Of a stretch of DNA of 53,708 nt, positions 45,723 to 53,708 are shown in pieces (position 1 is the first letter of the stretch; each line of letters opens with the position of its first letter). The DNA comes from Candidatus Nealsonbacteria bacterium (GTDB lineage Bacteria > Patescibacteriota > Minisyncoccia > Minisyncoccales > PWPS01). Where the stretch lies: NCBI GenBank assembly GCA_003559635.1, contig PWKU01000027.1:1-53708 (forward strand), read 5' to 3'. The position numbers were made by a program, and so were the translations under genes. The notes under the pieces were generated by a model. The model ran no database searches. It had not been told where the DNA came from and worked only from the letters and a program-made list of their open reading frames with translations.

Positions 45723-46295
45723 ATGAGCTTAGAAAAACTTCTTAAAAAAATAGAAAAAGACGCAGAAGAAGAGATAGAATCTCTAAAGAAGGAGCATGCC
45801 CTTGAGATTGAAAAAATTGAGAAGGAGGGTAGGAAAAGAATACAGGATGTAAAGAAAGAAAAAGAAGAAAAAATTGAGAAAGAAAAAGAAAGATCTTTAG
45901 AGGACTACGAAAAGGAGAAAGAGTTTCTTTTGAATATGGATCTTCTAAAGACAAAAAAAGATCTGCTGGAAGAGGCGGTTAATGCCTGTAAAGAGGATAT
46001 TGGAAAATTTTCACTAGCCGAGAAGAAGAAACTCTTGAAAAAGAAGGTGGAAAGTATAAAGGATTTCCTGGGAGAAAAGTCTCTTGTCTTTGTCGCACAG
46101 GGGAAAAAGAAAGATTATGCCGATATCTTTGAGGGAGTGCCGGGTAAAAACATTGTTGAAAGGAAGGGTGTTGCCGATGACGAGTTGGTGGTTGAGGGCA
46201 AAGATTTCATTTTTAAAGCAAGTCTTTGTGAAATGGTCGATGAAGTGGTTAAAGACGAAGAAGGTTCTCTTGCCAAAGTTTTGTTTAAGCAGTAA
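45723..46295 (+). CDS. ntpE: V/A-type ATPase subunit E
   Basis: 190 aa: long K/E-rich N-terminal helix plus a globular C-terminal part. Position between K and C. Confidence 0.65.
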   Translation: MSLEKLLKKIEKDAEEEIESLKKEHALEIEKIEKEGRKRIQDVKKEKEEKIEKEKERSLEDYEKEKEFLLNMDLLKTKKDLLEEAVNACKEDIGKFSLAEKKKLLKKKVESIKDFLGEKSLVFVAQGKKKDYADIFEGVPGKNIVERKGVADDELVVEGKDFIFKASLCEMVDEVVKDEEGSLAKVLFKQ

Positions 46296-46298
46296 AAA

Positions 46299-47033
46299 AT
46301 GAGATATCTTTTTTTCATATCTTGGTTTAGAGCAAGAGAAAAGCAGCTGGTTGACCAAGTTGATCTAGACAGAATGATAGGGGCGTCAAGTATGGACGAA
46401 GCTTTTAAAGTTTTTAATGATACGGATTATGCTCTCTATCTTGCGGGAAAGACTTATCTTGATATTGAAAAGATAATTGAAGAAGAAAGGGACGACTTTA
46501 AAAAAACGCTTGAAAAGATGGGAATGGAAAAAGAGGTTGTGTCTTTCTTATTTCTAAAAGACGATCTTTGTAAGGTCTCAAGGAAAGCAAAAGAAAAAAT
46601 CTTTAAAATGCAAGGAGGCGGTGGTTTTCAAGGGAAAGATATCGAAGAGGAGGCTCTAAAGGAGATAGAGGAAAGAAAGCCGAAAAAACCGGAAGAAATT
46701 GACAGCATTACTACAGATATCTATTTCGAAAAATCAATAAAATTCCTGGAAAGTTCCGGAGAGAGGGAAACAGGCAGGTTTTTCGGCGAATACTACGAAA
46801 AGATTAAAGAATCAGCCGAAGATCTTAAAAGAAGAGATATGATTTTATCAGAAATGGAGAAGAGTATTGTCGAGGAAAGTCGTGAGAAAATAGAGGGTAT
46901 GGTTCCAATACTTTCTTTTTTTATTAAAAAAAGAAGGGTGGAACAGTTTATTAGGGCTGTTTTTTCCGCAAAAAAAATGGGACTGGCCTCTGATAAAATA
47001 TACAATCTAATTGAACAAAGGAGAGTTTTATGA
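46299..47033 (+). CDS. ntpC: V/A-type ATPase subunit C (d-type), short form (244 aa)
   Basis: Position between E and F. N-terminal RAREKQLVDQVDLDRMIGASSMDEAFKVFNDTDYA resembles the helical-repeat start of C/d subunits. Confidence 0.6.
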   Translation: MRYLFFISWFRAREKQLVDQVDLDRMIGASSMDEAFKVFNDTDYALYLAGKTYLDIEKIIEEERDDFKKTLEKMGMEKEVVSFLFLKDDLCKVSRKAKEKIFKMQGGGGFQGKDIEEEALKEIEERKPKKPEEIDSITTDIYFEKSIKFLESSGERETGRFFGEYYEKIKESAEDLKRRDMILSEMEKSIVEESREKIEGMVPILSFFIKKRRVEQFIRAVFSAKKMGLASDKIYNLIEQRRVL

Positions 47034-47317
47034 AAGAAACAAGAATTGCGTTTGTCGGTCCTTTTGAATATGTAAAAACAATGCGCTTTCTCGGGTTTGA
47101 GTGTTTCGGAGTTTCCGACATTAAAGAAGCCGAGGAGAAAATAAAAGTACTGGAGAGTGAAAATTACTCCCTTATTTTCGTCTCACAAGATGTTTGTCCC
47201 GAGGATATTGGACTCGACAGTGTAGTCACTCTTCCGGGCATTGCTAAGGCTTCCGACAAGGATTATCTTAAAAAGGAGACCGCAAAGGCTTTGGGTGGAG
47301 AGATGGAATTATCTTAA
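47030..47317 (+). CDS. V/A-type ATPase subunit F
   Basis: 95 aa: IAFVGPFEYVKTMRFLGFECFGV...YSLIFVSQ. Start overlaps the preceding stop (ATGA). Confidence 0.75.
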   Translation: MKETRIAFVGPFEYVKTMRFLGFECFGVSDIKEAEEKIKVLESENYSLIFVSQDVCPEDIGLDSVVTLPGIAKASDKDYLKKETAKALGGEMELS

Positions 47318-47350
47318 ACTTTTAAAAATAATCATTATAAAAAGAGTATT

Positions 47351-49060
47351 ATGGTGCAAAAAAAAGGTGAAATAATCAAGGTATCCGGACCACTTGTTGT
47401 TGCAAAAAACATGGAGGGTTCCAGTATTTACGAGGTTGTTAAAATTTCAGAAAAAGGCCTTTTGGGAGAGATTATTGAAATAAGAGACGGAGTTGCTTCA
47501 ATTCAGGCTTATGAAGAAACTTCGAACATTGGACCCGGTGAACCGGTGGAAAGAACAGGGTCACAGCTTTCGGTTGAACTTGGCCCTGGCCTAATGAGCG
47601 GAATATATGACGGTATCCAAAGGCCCCTTGAAGAACTTTTTAAAGCATCGGGTAATTTTATAACTCGCGGAATTAATGTTCCTGCTCTTGATTTAGAGAA
47701 AAAATGGAATTTTGTTCCCAAAGTAAAAGAAAAAGAAAAAGTAAAAGCAGGTGATGTTATCGGAGAAGTGGAAGAGATGTCTATCTTTCACAAGATAATG
47801 GTGCCAAATGATATTGAGGAGGGAGAAATTGTCTCTATTAAGAGAGGTGAGTTTACCATTGAAGACGAAGTGGCAAAAATTAGGACGAAACAGGGCAAGG
47901 AAAAAAAGATTACTATGACTCAGCGCTGGCCGATTAGACAAAGTCGTCCGGTTGCCAAAAAAATGGTACCCACATCTCTTCTTACTACCGGGCAAAGAGT
48001 GATTGATTCCTTTTTTCCAATAACCAAGGGTGGTTCGGGGTGTGTTCCCGGTCCTTTTGGATCCGGTAAGACGGTTGTATTACAGCAGATTGCCAAATGG
48101 TCCGATGCAGATATCATTATTTTTATCGGCTGTGGGGAGAGAGGAAACGAGATGACGGATGTTCTAAAGGAATTTCCGGAGCTAAAAGATCCTAAGACAA
48201 ATAAGCCTCTTCTTGAGAGGACGGTGCTTATTGCCAATACATCAAATATGCCGGTAGCGGCCAGAGAAGCCTCTGTCTACACAGGGATAACTATTGCCGA
48301 ATATTTCAGAGATATGGGTTATGATGTGGCACTAATGGCCGATTCTACTTCAAGATGGGCGGAAGCGCTACGTGAAATCTCTGCTAGATTGGAAGAGATG
48401 CCCGGGGAGGAAGGATATCCTGCATACTTAGGCTCGCGAACGGCCGGCTTTTATGAGAGAGCGGGGTATGTTAAATGCTTGGGGTCAGAGGGAAGAGAAG
48501 GGTCTTTAACTATCATCGGTTCTGTTTCTCCTCCGGGAGGTGATCTTTCGGAGCCGGTAACGCAAAATACTCTTAGAACGGTTAAAGTTTTTTGGAGCCT
48601 TGAGGACAGACTCGCTTATGCGAGACATTTTCCGGCAATCAATTGGCTTAATAGTTACTCGCTTTACCTTGATAATCTAAAAGAGTTTTACGAAGAAAAA
48701 GGAGAGAGCAGTTTTATGGAAAACAGGGAAGAAGCTATGAGAATTTTAAATGATGAATCAAGACTAGAAGAAATAGTGCGTCTTGTGGGCTTTGAATCAC
48801 TCTCAAATAAAGATAGATTAATTATGGAAGCGGCTAGAATTATTCGAGAAGACTTTCTTATGCAGAATGCGTTTGATGAGGTGGATACCTATAGCTCTTT
48901 CAAGAAGCAAAGCAGTATTTTGTCGATGATTATCGGCTTTTACAACAAAGGTATTGAGTTGTTAAATTCCGGGCAAAACATTAATGATGTTCTAAATCTT
49001 CCGGAAAAAAGTGAAATTGCAAAGGCAAAATTTATCCCGGAGGGAGAGATAGAAAAATAG
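47351..49060 (+). CDS. ntpA: V/A-type ATPase catalytic subunit A
   Basis: Walker A GPFGSGKTV, GERGNEM, MADSTSRWAEALREIS, and ARHFPAINWL, typical of A subunits. Confidence 0.95.
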   Translation: MVQKKGEIIKVSGPLVVAKNMEGSSIYEVVKISEKGLLGEIIEIRDGVASIQAYEETSNIGPGEPVERTGSQLSVELGPGLMSGIYDGIQRPLEELFKASGNFITRGINVPALDLEKKWNFVPKVKEKEKVKAGDVIGEVEEMSIFHKIMVPNDIEEGEIVSIKRGEFTIEDEVAKIRTKQGKEKKITMTQRWPIRQSRPVAKKMVPTSLLTTGQRVIDSFFPITKGGSGCVPGPFGSGKTVVLQQIAKWSDADIIIFIGCGERGNEMTDVLKEFPELKDPKTNKPLLERTVLIANTSNMPVAAREASVYTGITIAEYFRDMGYDVALMADSTSRWAEALREISARLEEMPGEEGYPAYLGSRTAGFYERAGYVKCLGSEGREGSLTIIGSVSPPGGDLSEPVTQNTLRTVKVFWSLEDRLAYARHFPAINWLNSYSLYLDNLKEFYEEKGESSFMENREEAMRILNDESRLEEIVRLVGFESLSNKDRLIMEAARIIREDFLMQNAFDEVDTYSSFKKQSSILSMIIGFYNKGIELLNSGQNINDVLNLPEKSEIAKAKFIPEGEIEK

Positions 49061-49086
49061 GTAATTAGTCATAAGTATTTGTTAAA

Positions 49087-50469
49087 ATGTTTAAATATAA
49101 AAAGATAAAAGAAATTGCCGGATCTTTGGTAGTGGTTGACGGGGTTTCCAACATCAAATACGAAGAGCTGGTGGAAGTTGAATTAGAAGATGGGTCTAGA
49201 AGAACAGGAAGGGTTCTTGAGGCCAGTGAGGGTAAAGCTTTGGTGCAGATGTTTGAAGAAACTCGTGGGCTGGATCCTTCTTCTTCCAAAGTTTCTTTCT
49301 TGGGAAAGACGATGACCTTTGGAGCATCAGAGGATATAATGGGAAGAATTTTTGACGGCTCCGCAAAGCCGCTGGATGGACACCCTTATCCGATTCCCGA
49401 CAAAGAACTAGATATTAACGGTAAGCCGATTAATCCATATTGTAGGGAATATCCTGATAACTTTGTTCAGACCGGTATATCGGCAATTGACGGGTTAAAC
49501 ACACTAGTAAGAGGGCAAAAACTACCGATCTTTTCCGCCGCGGGGCTTCCTCATTCCGTTTTGGCTGCGCAGATTGCCCGACAGGCTAAAATAGCGGGAA
49601 ACTTTAGTATCGTTTTCGGAGCGATGGGAATTACATTTGAGGAATCAAGATTTTTTGTTGAAGAGTTCAAAAAGACAGGAGCCTTGTCTCGGTCGGTTCT
49701 TTTTATGAATATAGCGTCTGATCCGGTAATTGAGAGAATTACTCTGCCAAGACTAGCGCTTACTGTAGCGGAATATCTTGCTTATGAGAAAGATTACCAT
49801 GTTCTGGTGATTCTAACCGATATGACCAACTACTGTGAGGCATTGAGAGAAGTTTCCGCCTCGAGAAAAGAAGTTCCCGGAAGAAGAGGATATCCGGGAT
49901 ACCTTTATACCGACTTGGCGACGCTTTACGAGAGAGCGGGAATAATTAAAGGGAAAAAAGGATCTGTTACTCAAATTCCTATTTTGACAATGCCCGAGGA
50001 TGATAAAACTCATCCAATACCGGACCTTACAGGGTATATTACCGAGGGGCAGATTATGCTCTCGAGGGGAATTTATCAGCAGGGAATTTACCCCCCGATA
50101 GACGTTTTACCGAGTTTGTCGAGACTTAGAGATAAAGGAATTGGGGAAGGCAAGACAAGAGAGGACCATTCAGGGCTTGCCAATCAGCTTTTCGCATCTT
50201 ATGCTCGCGGGCAGGAGATAAGAGAGCTTACAGTTATTTTAGGGGAGTCGTCACTTTCAGATACCGACAGAGCTTATCTAAGATTTGCAGAAGGGTTTGA
50301 AGAAAAGTTTCTTGCTCAAGATATTTATGAGAACAGAGAAATAGAAGAAACTCTTGATATTGGCTGGAGTCTTTTGAGAATTCTCCCCCAAGACGAACTA
50401 AAGAGAGTTAAAGACAAAGACATAAAAAAATATTTAGAAACCAAGGAAGAAAATGAAACTCAAAGCTAG
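49087..50469 (+). CDS. ntpB: V/A-type ATPase subunit B
   Basis: [76 protein letters not shown]. Confidence 0.95.
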   Translation: MFKYKKIKEIAGSLVVVDGVSNIKYEELVEVELEDGSRRTGRVLEASEGKALVQMFEETRGLDPSSSKVSFLGKTMTFGASEDIMGRIFDGSAKPLDGHPYPIPDKELDINGKPINPYCREYPDNFVQTGISAIDGLNTLVRGQKLPIFSAAGLPHSVLAAQIARQAKIAGNFSIVFGAMGITFEESRFFVEEFKKTGALSRSVLFMNIASDPVIERITLPRLALTVAEYLAYEKDYHVLVILTDMTNYCEALREVSASRKEVPGRRGYPGYLYTDLATLYERAGIIKGKKGSVTQIPILTMPEDDKTHPIPDLTGYITEGQIMLSRGIYQQGIYPPIDVLPSLSRLRDKGIGEGKTREDHSGLANQLFASYARGQEIRELTVILGESSLSDTDRAYLRFAEGFEEKFLAQDIYENREIEETLDIGWSLLRILPQDELKRVKDKDIKKYLETKEENETQS

Positions 50470-51070
50470 CCCTACAAGACAAGAGCTTTTAAAGATTAAA
50501 AAACGCCTCAAGACCGCTAGATCCGGCCATAAATTACTTAAGGAAAAGCTGGACGGGTTAATGAGGGAGTTTTTGGGCAGTGTAAGGGGACTAAAAGAGC
50601 TTAGAGAGGTCTTGGAAGAAAAAATTCCTCCGATTCTTTTCGACTTTTATATGTCTGGTAACAGGATAGGGGACGAGAAGGCGGAGAGTCTGATTGAACA
50701 TTTTCCATATGCTGAGAGTGATCTTTCTTTCTATAATGTGATGGGAGTTAGAATTAGGAAAATAGGAATCAGAAATGAAGAGAAAGTCCTAAAAACGGAG
50801 CTTTCAGTCAAAGCGACAGACTATGAAATGTATAATTCAAAACAAAAGAGCAATGAGATTTTTGATGATATTTTGAAATACGCGAACCTCACCATTAAGA
50901 TACGCCTCTTAGCAGAAGAAATAGAGAAAACAAGAAGAAGGGTTAATTCCTTGGAGCACATTTATATTCCCGAAATGGAAAGAATAAAAAAATATATTTC
51001 TCAAAAATTAGAAGAAAGAGAAAGATTTGATAGAACGGTTATTTTAAAACTGAAGGATTTAATTCAGTAA
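50453..51070 (+). CDS. ntpD: V/A-type ATPase subunit D
   Basis: [31 protein letters not shown]-terminal helix, and a C-terminal helix with [13 protein letters not shown]. Overlaps subunit B by 17 nt. Confidence 0.88.
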   Translation: MKLKASPTRQELLKIKKRLKTARSGHKLLKEKLDGLMREFLGSVRGLKELREVLEEKIPPILFDFYMSGNRIGDEKAESLIEHFPYAESDLSFYNVMGVRIRKIGIRNEEKVLKTELSVKATDYEMYNSKQKSNEIFDDILKYANLTIKIRLLAEEIEKTRRRVNSLEHIYIPEMERIKKYISQKLEERERFDRTVILKLKDLIQ

Positions 51071-51136
51071 CTAAAAGATATAAGATCACCACACCGGAGA
51101 TTTTTTTCAAAAACTAGGAAAGCCGAAAACTTTAAG

Positions 51137-51180
51137 TTTTGATATTATTTGTAATTTGTAATATTATGCTTGTGATTTAT
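51137..51180 (+). promoter_or_regulatory. AT-rich intergenic motif (family C), second copy
   Basis: ttttgatattatttgtaatttgtaatattatgcttgtgatttat is collinear with 16967-17009. It reads either as extended -10 TG-a-TATTAT (51140-51148) or as TTGATA (51139-51144), 17 nt, TATTAT (51162-51167). Confidence 0.35.
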
Positions 51181-51225
51181 ACTTTTCAAAAGAAAGAAAA
51201 CTTTTTGAAAAACCCTTACGGGCTA

Positions 51226-51254
51226 TTGATTAAATATTGATTTTTTGTTATAGT
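51226..51254 (+). promoter_or_regulatory. Sigma70-like promoter upstream of rpmF
   Basis: TTGATT (51226-51231), 17-nt spacer ending in TG-t, TATAGT (51249-51254). Lies 45 nt before the ATG at 51299. Confidence 0.45.
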
Positions 51255-51298
51255 TTACGGGTATTAGGAGAAACTTTTAATAGAAAATTGACAAAAAC

Positions 51299-51565
51299 AT
51301 GGCAGTACCAAAGCAAAGAAAGACAAAATCAAGGAGAAACCAACGAAGGATGCACATTCATTTGGACAAGCCGTCACTTGCTTCTTGCCCGCAGTGCAAA
51401 GAAAAGAAGCTAATGCACACTGTTTGCAAGGCGTGCGGTTATTACAAAAACAGAGAAGTTGTGGATGTATTAAAAGACAAAAAGTCTGCTTCGGACAAGG
51501 AAAAGCAAGAAGAAGAAAAGAAAAAACCTCTTACGGCGGAGTCTTTGTCTAAAAAGGATAAGTAA
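51299..51565 (+). CDS. rpmF: 50S ribosomal protein L32 with a K/E-rich C-terminal tail
   Basis: [17 protein letters not shown]...CPQCKE...CKACGYY zinc ribbon, then about 30 aa of K/E/S-rich tail. Confidence 0.92.
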   Translation: MAVPKQRKTKSRRNQRRMHIHLDKPSLASCPQCKEKKLMHTVCKACGYYKNREVVDVLKDKKSASDKEKQEEEKKKPLTAESLSKKDK

Positions 51566-51573
51566 TTTTGAAA

Positions 51574-52002
51574 ATGTCTTCTCGACATCTGGCACGATCA
51601 ATTGCTCTTCAGTCGCTCTATGAGTGGGATTTTGCGGAGAAAAAGAAGGAGATTGGGGGGATAATTGGAAAGAATATAGAAGAATTTAATGATGATGTCA
51701 AAGACAAGGATTTTGTTTATGATTTGGCCCAAGGAGTTGTTTCCAATGCCAAAGAATTAGATAAAATTATTTCCGAGGCGGCTCCCGAGTGGCCTCTTGA
51801 AAAAATTACCACTATTGACCGCAACGTTTTAAGAATGGGACTATACGAATTAATTTACGGAAATAAAGAAGAAGTTCCTCCTAAGGTTGCGATTAACGAG
51901 TCTATTGAGCTTGCAAAGCAGTTTGGCGGGAGCAGCTCAGGACGCTTTGTAAACGGTGTTTTGGGAACGGTCTACAAAGAAATTGAAAAGGAGATCGGTT
52001 AA
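51574..52002 (+). CDS. nusB: Transcription antitermination factor NusB
   Basis: [53 protein letters not shown] at 51574 is preferred; the track start at 51568 is TTG. Confidence 0.9.
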   Translation: MSSRHLARSIALQSLYEWDFAEKKKEIGGIIGKNIEEFNDDVKDKDFVYDLAQGVVSNAKELDKIISEAAPEWPLEKITTIDRNVLRMGLYELIYGNKEEVPPKVAINESIELAKQFGGSSSGRFVNGVLGTVYKEIEKEIG

Positions 52003-52010
52003 AAAGTTAT

Positions 52011-52727
52011 ATGGAAGAAAAATTTAGAGAATTAGAAAAGAAGATAGGAGTGGAGTTTAAAGACAAGAATTTGCTTATTCAGGCCTTTTGCCACCGCTCT
52101 TATTTAAACGAAAACCCCGATTTTAATCTTGGACAAAATGAAAGACTGGAGTTTTTGGGTGATGCGGTTTTAGAGCTGGTTGTCACCGACTATCTTTATT
52201 TTAATTACCCCGACAAGTCGGAAGGTGAATTAACATCGTGGCGCGCTTCGCTTGTAAACACGAAGGAGATAGGAGATACCGCGGAAAAGCTAAACTTTGA
52301 AGATTTCTTATTACTTTCCAAGGGGGAGGGCAAAGAAAATGGGAGAGCGCGGATCTGTATTTTGGCAAACACATTTGAGGCTTTTATCGGTGCGCTTTAT
52401 TTGGATCAAGGGTATGACGTTACAGCAGATTTTATTGAAAAGAATTTAATTACAAAACTGCCCCAAATTATAGAACTTGAGCTTTATCGCGACCCAAAGT
52501 CCGAATTGCAAGAAAAAACACAGGAGGAGGTGGGTATTACGCCGAATTATAAAGTTATCGAAGAATCGGGGCCCGACCACCAAAAGCATTTTGTTATAGG
52601 AGTTTTCCTCAACGAGAGAAATATTGGTCAGGGGGAGGGGTGGTCCAAAAAAGAGGCGGAAGAACAAGCCGCCAAAGAAGCACTAAATAAAAAGGAATGG
52701 CTACAAAAAAATAATAAACAAAGATAA
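52011..52727 (+). CDS. rnc: Ribonuclease III
   Basis: Signature NERLEFLGDAVLE, FEAFIGALYLD, and a C-terminal dsRBD (DPKSELQE...GEGWSKKEAEEQAAKEAL). Confidence 0.94.
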   Translation: MEEKFRELEKKIGVEFKDKNLLIQAFCHRSYLNENPDFNLGQNERLEFLGDAVLELVVTDYLYFNYPDKSEGELTSWRASLVNTKEIGDTAEKLNFEDFLLLSKGEGKENGRARICILANTFEAFIGALYLDQGYDVTADFIEKNLITKLPQIIELELYRDPKSELQEKTQEEVGITPNYKVIEESGPDHQKHFVIGVFLNERNIGQGEGWSKKEAEEQAAKEALNKKEWLQKNNKQR

Positions 52728-52729
52728 AT

Positions 52730-53440
52730 ATGTTAAGAATCAGGTTTTTTAGGAAAGGAAGAAAAAAGCAACCCTCTTATAAAATAGTAGTAACTGATAA
52801 GAACAACCCTCCGGCAAGCGGAAGGTTTATTGAGGATGTCGGTTTTTATAATCCTTTGACCAAAGAATGCATGGTTAATGGGGAAAAAGTGGTTTACTGG
52901 ATGGAAAAGGGAGCACAACCTACAGACGTTGTTAAGAACCTTCTTATTAAAAAAGGAATAATTAAAGGAGAAAAGGTTAATGTGGTTTCTATTTCTAATA
53001 AAAGGAGAGAAAAAATAAAAGAGAAGAACAATGAAAAAGAAGCTTTGATACAAGAGAAGAAAAAAGAAGCAGAGAAAGAGGTTGTGCCGGGAGAAGGTGA
53101 TAGAGCTAAAGAAAATCAACCAGGAGAGGTAACTAAAGAGGCTAAAGAAATGGTGGAAGCTGTAAAAGACGAAGAGACTCAAGAGAAATCTGAAGTGACA
53201 GCAGAAGAGGGAGAAGAAAAGGAAGAAAAGGAAGCTACGGAAAAGAAAGATGTCAAGAAAGAGGAAAAAAGAGAGGAAGAAGAGGTAGAGCAGGTAGAAG
53301 AAGAAAAGGAAGAAACCAAAAAAGAAGAGAAAGAGAAGAAAGAAGCTAAAGAAGAAACCAAAAAAGAAGAGAAAGAGAAGAAAGAAACTAAAGAAGAAGA
53401 AAAAGAGAAGAAAGAAAAAGAAGGAAAAAAAGAAGAATAG
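52730..53440 (+). CDS. rpsP: 30S ribosomal protein S16 with a roughly 155-aa K/E-rich C-terminal extension
   Basis: The S16 core MLRIRFFRKGRKKQPSYKIVVTDKNNPPASGRFIEDVGFYNP...WMEKGAQPTD ends near residue 80. The rest is low-complexity E/K sequence containing tandem repeats. Confidence 0.92.
   Translation: MLRIRFFRKGRKKQPSYKIVVTDKNNPPASGRFIEDVGFYNPLTKECMVNGEKVVYWMEKGAQPTDVVKNLLIKKGIIKGEKVNVVSISNKRREKIKEKNNEKEALIQEKKKEAEKEVVPGEGDRAKENQPGEVTKEAKEMVEAVKDEETQEKSEVTAEEGEEKEEKEATEKKDVKKEEKREEEEVEQVEEEKEETKKEEKEKKEAKEETKKEEKEKKETKEEEKEKKEKEGKKEE
53309..53392 (+). repeat. In-frame 42-bp tandem repeat (2 units plus a partial third) in the S16 tail
   Basis: gaagaaaccaaaaaagaagagaaagagaagaaagaagctaaa (53309-53350) is repeated at 53351-53392 with 2 substitutions. 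It encodes EETKKEEKEKKE(A/T)K. Confidence 0.85.
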
Positions 53441-53623
53441 AGAGAAGGATCCTCCTTTATCAAAAATAAATTTTCGGATCTGAGACATTCATTTTCCTTA
53501 TTTTCATTATTGGGGTTGACCAAATTTTTAAAAAAGATAAACTAATGGTAGAAGCTTGCTGCTTAGAGGCAAGCAGAGTGGCTGAAAAGGTCGAGTTACA
53601 TTGTACGATAAAAACAACAAAAT

Positions 53624-53708
53624 ATGACTAACGAAACTTCTGATAAGGATTTCTTGGAGTTTATTGTGAAAAACTTGGTAGACAATCCAGACTCCGTAGA
53701 GGTTGAGA
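53624..53708 (+). CDS. khpA: 5' end of a KH-domain RNA-binding protein (KhpA/YlqC family), cut by the window edge
   Basis: MTNETSDKDFLEFIVKNLVDNPDSVEVE... matches the characteristic N-terminus of the small KH protein that commonly follows rpsP. Not in the ORF track. Confidence 0.7.
   Translation, partial: MTNETSDKDFLEFIVKNLVDNPDSVEVE

Noticed and set aside
52733-53488. 251-aa ORF on the minus strand (F/L/S-rich)
   Set aside because: It is antisense to rpsP and is a mirror artefact of the purine-rich K/E tail. Its composition is low-complexity and it has no motif.

Overview
AT-rich, tightly packed bacterial window with little accessory content. The streamlined proteins, K/E-rich tails on ribosomal proteins, near absence of Shine-Dalgarno sequences and gene content fit a CPR/Patescibacteria (Parcubacteria-like) genome; this is an inference, no rRNA is present. 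TGA is used as a stop codon, so the standard code 11 applies. Layout: + strand 1-35147, - strand 35247-42026, + strand from 42203. The window holds the end of the spc operon (L15-like tail, secY, two tandem adk paralogs, map). A 6.2-kb interruption follows (REP-flanked RAYT/IS200-type transposase, galT-like, tpiA, alaS, a membrane-anchored hypothetical). Then come infA-rpmJ-rpsM-rpsK-rpsD-rpoA-rplQ-rplM-rpsI, murA, mreB, holB, frr, rseP, a second mreB, gatCA, three tRNAs (two CAT, one Asp), pheST, gyrB and secE-nusG-rplK. Next is a deoxypyrimidine cluster (dCMP deaminase, T4 gp1-like kinase, tmk, double-length thyX, deoC) and gatB. The minus-strand block is miaA-miaB-unknown membrane protein-dnaE. 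After rnhB comes a complete nine-gene V/A-type ATPase operon, then rpmF-nusB-rnc-rpsP-khpA. I found no defence, CRISPR, prophage or toxin-antitoxin system. The most unusual signals are: (1) a perfect-palindrome REP family bracketing, and inserted in frame within, a Y1/HUH transposase gene, with a compensatory-mutated copy 31 kb away; (2) a second 60-100-nt intergenic repeat family in three copies; (3) an Enterococcus Ntp-like V-ATPase whose c-subunit keeps all five Na+-ligand positions; (4) a tandem-duplicated ThyX with its signature motif split between halves; (5) tandem-repeat K/E tails on ribosomal proteins; (6) rplK not followed by rplA. All homology calls come from motif recognition by eye; nothing was searched or computed.
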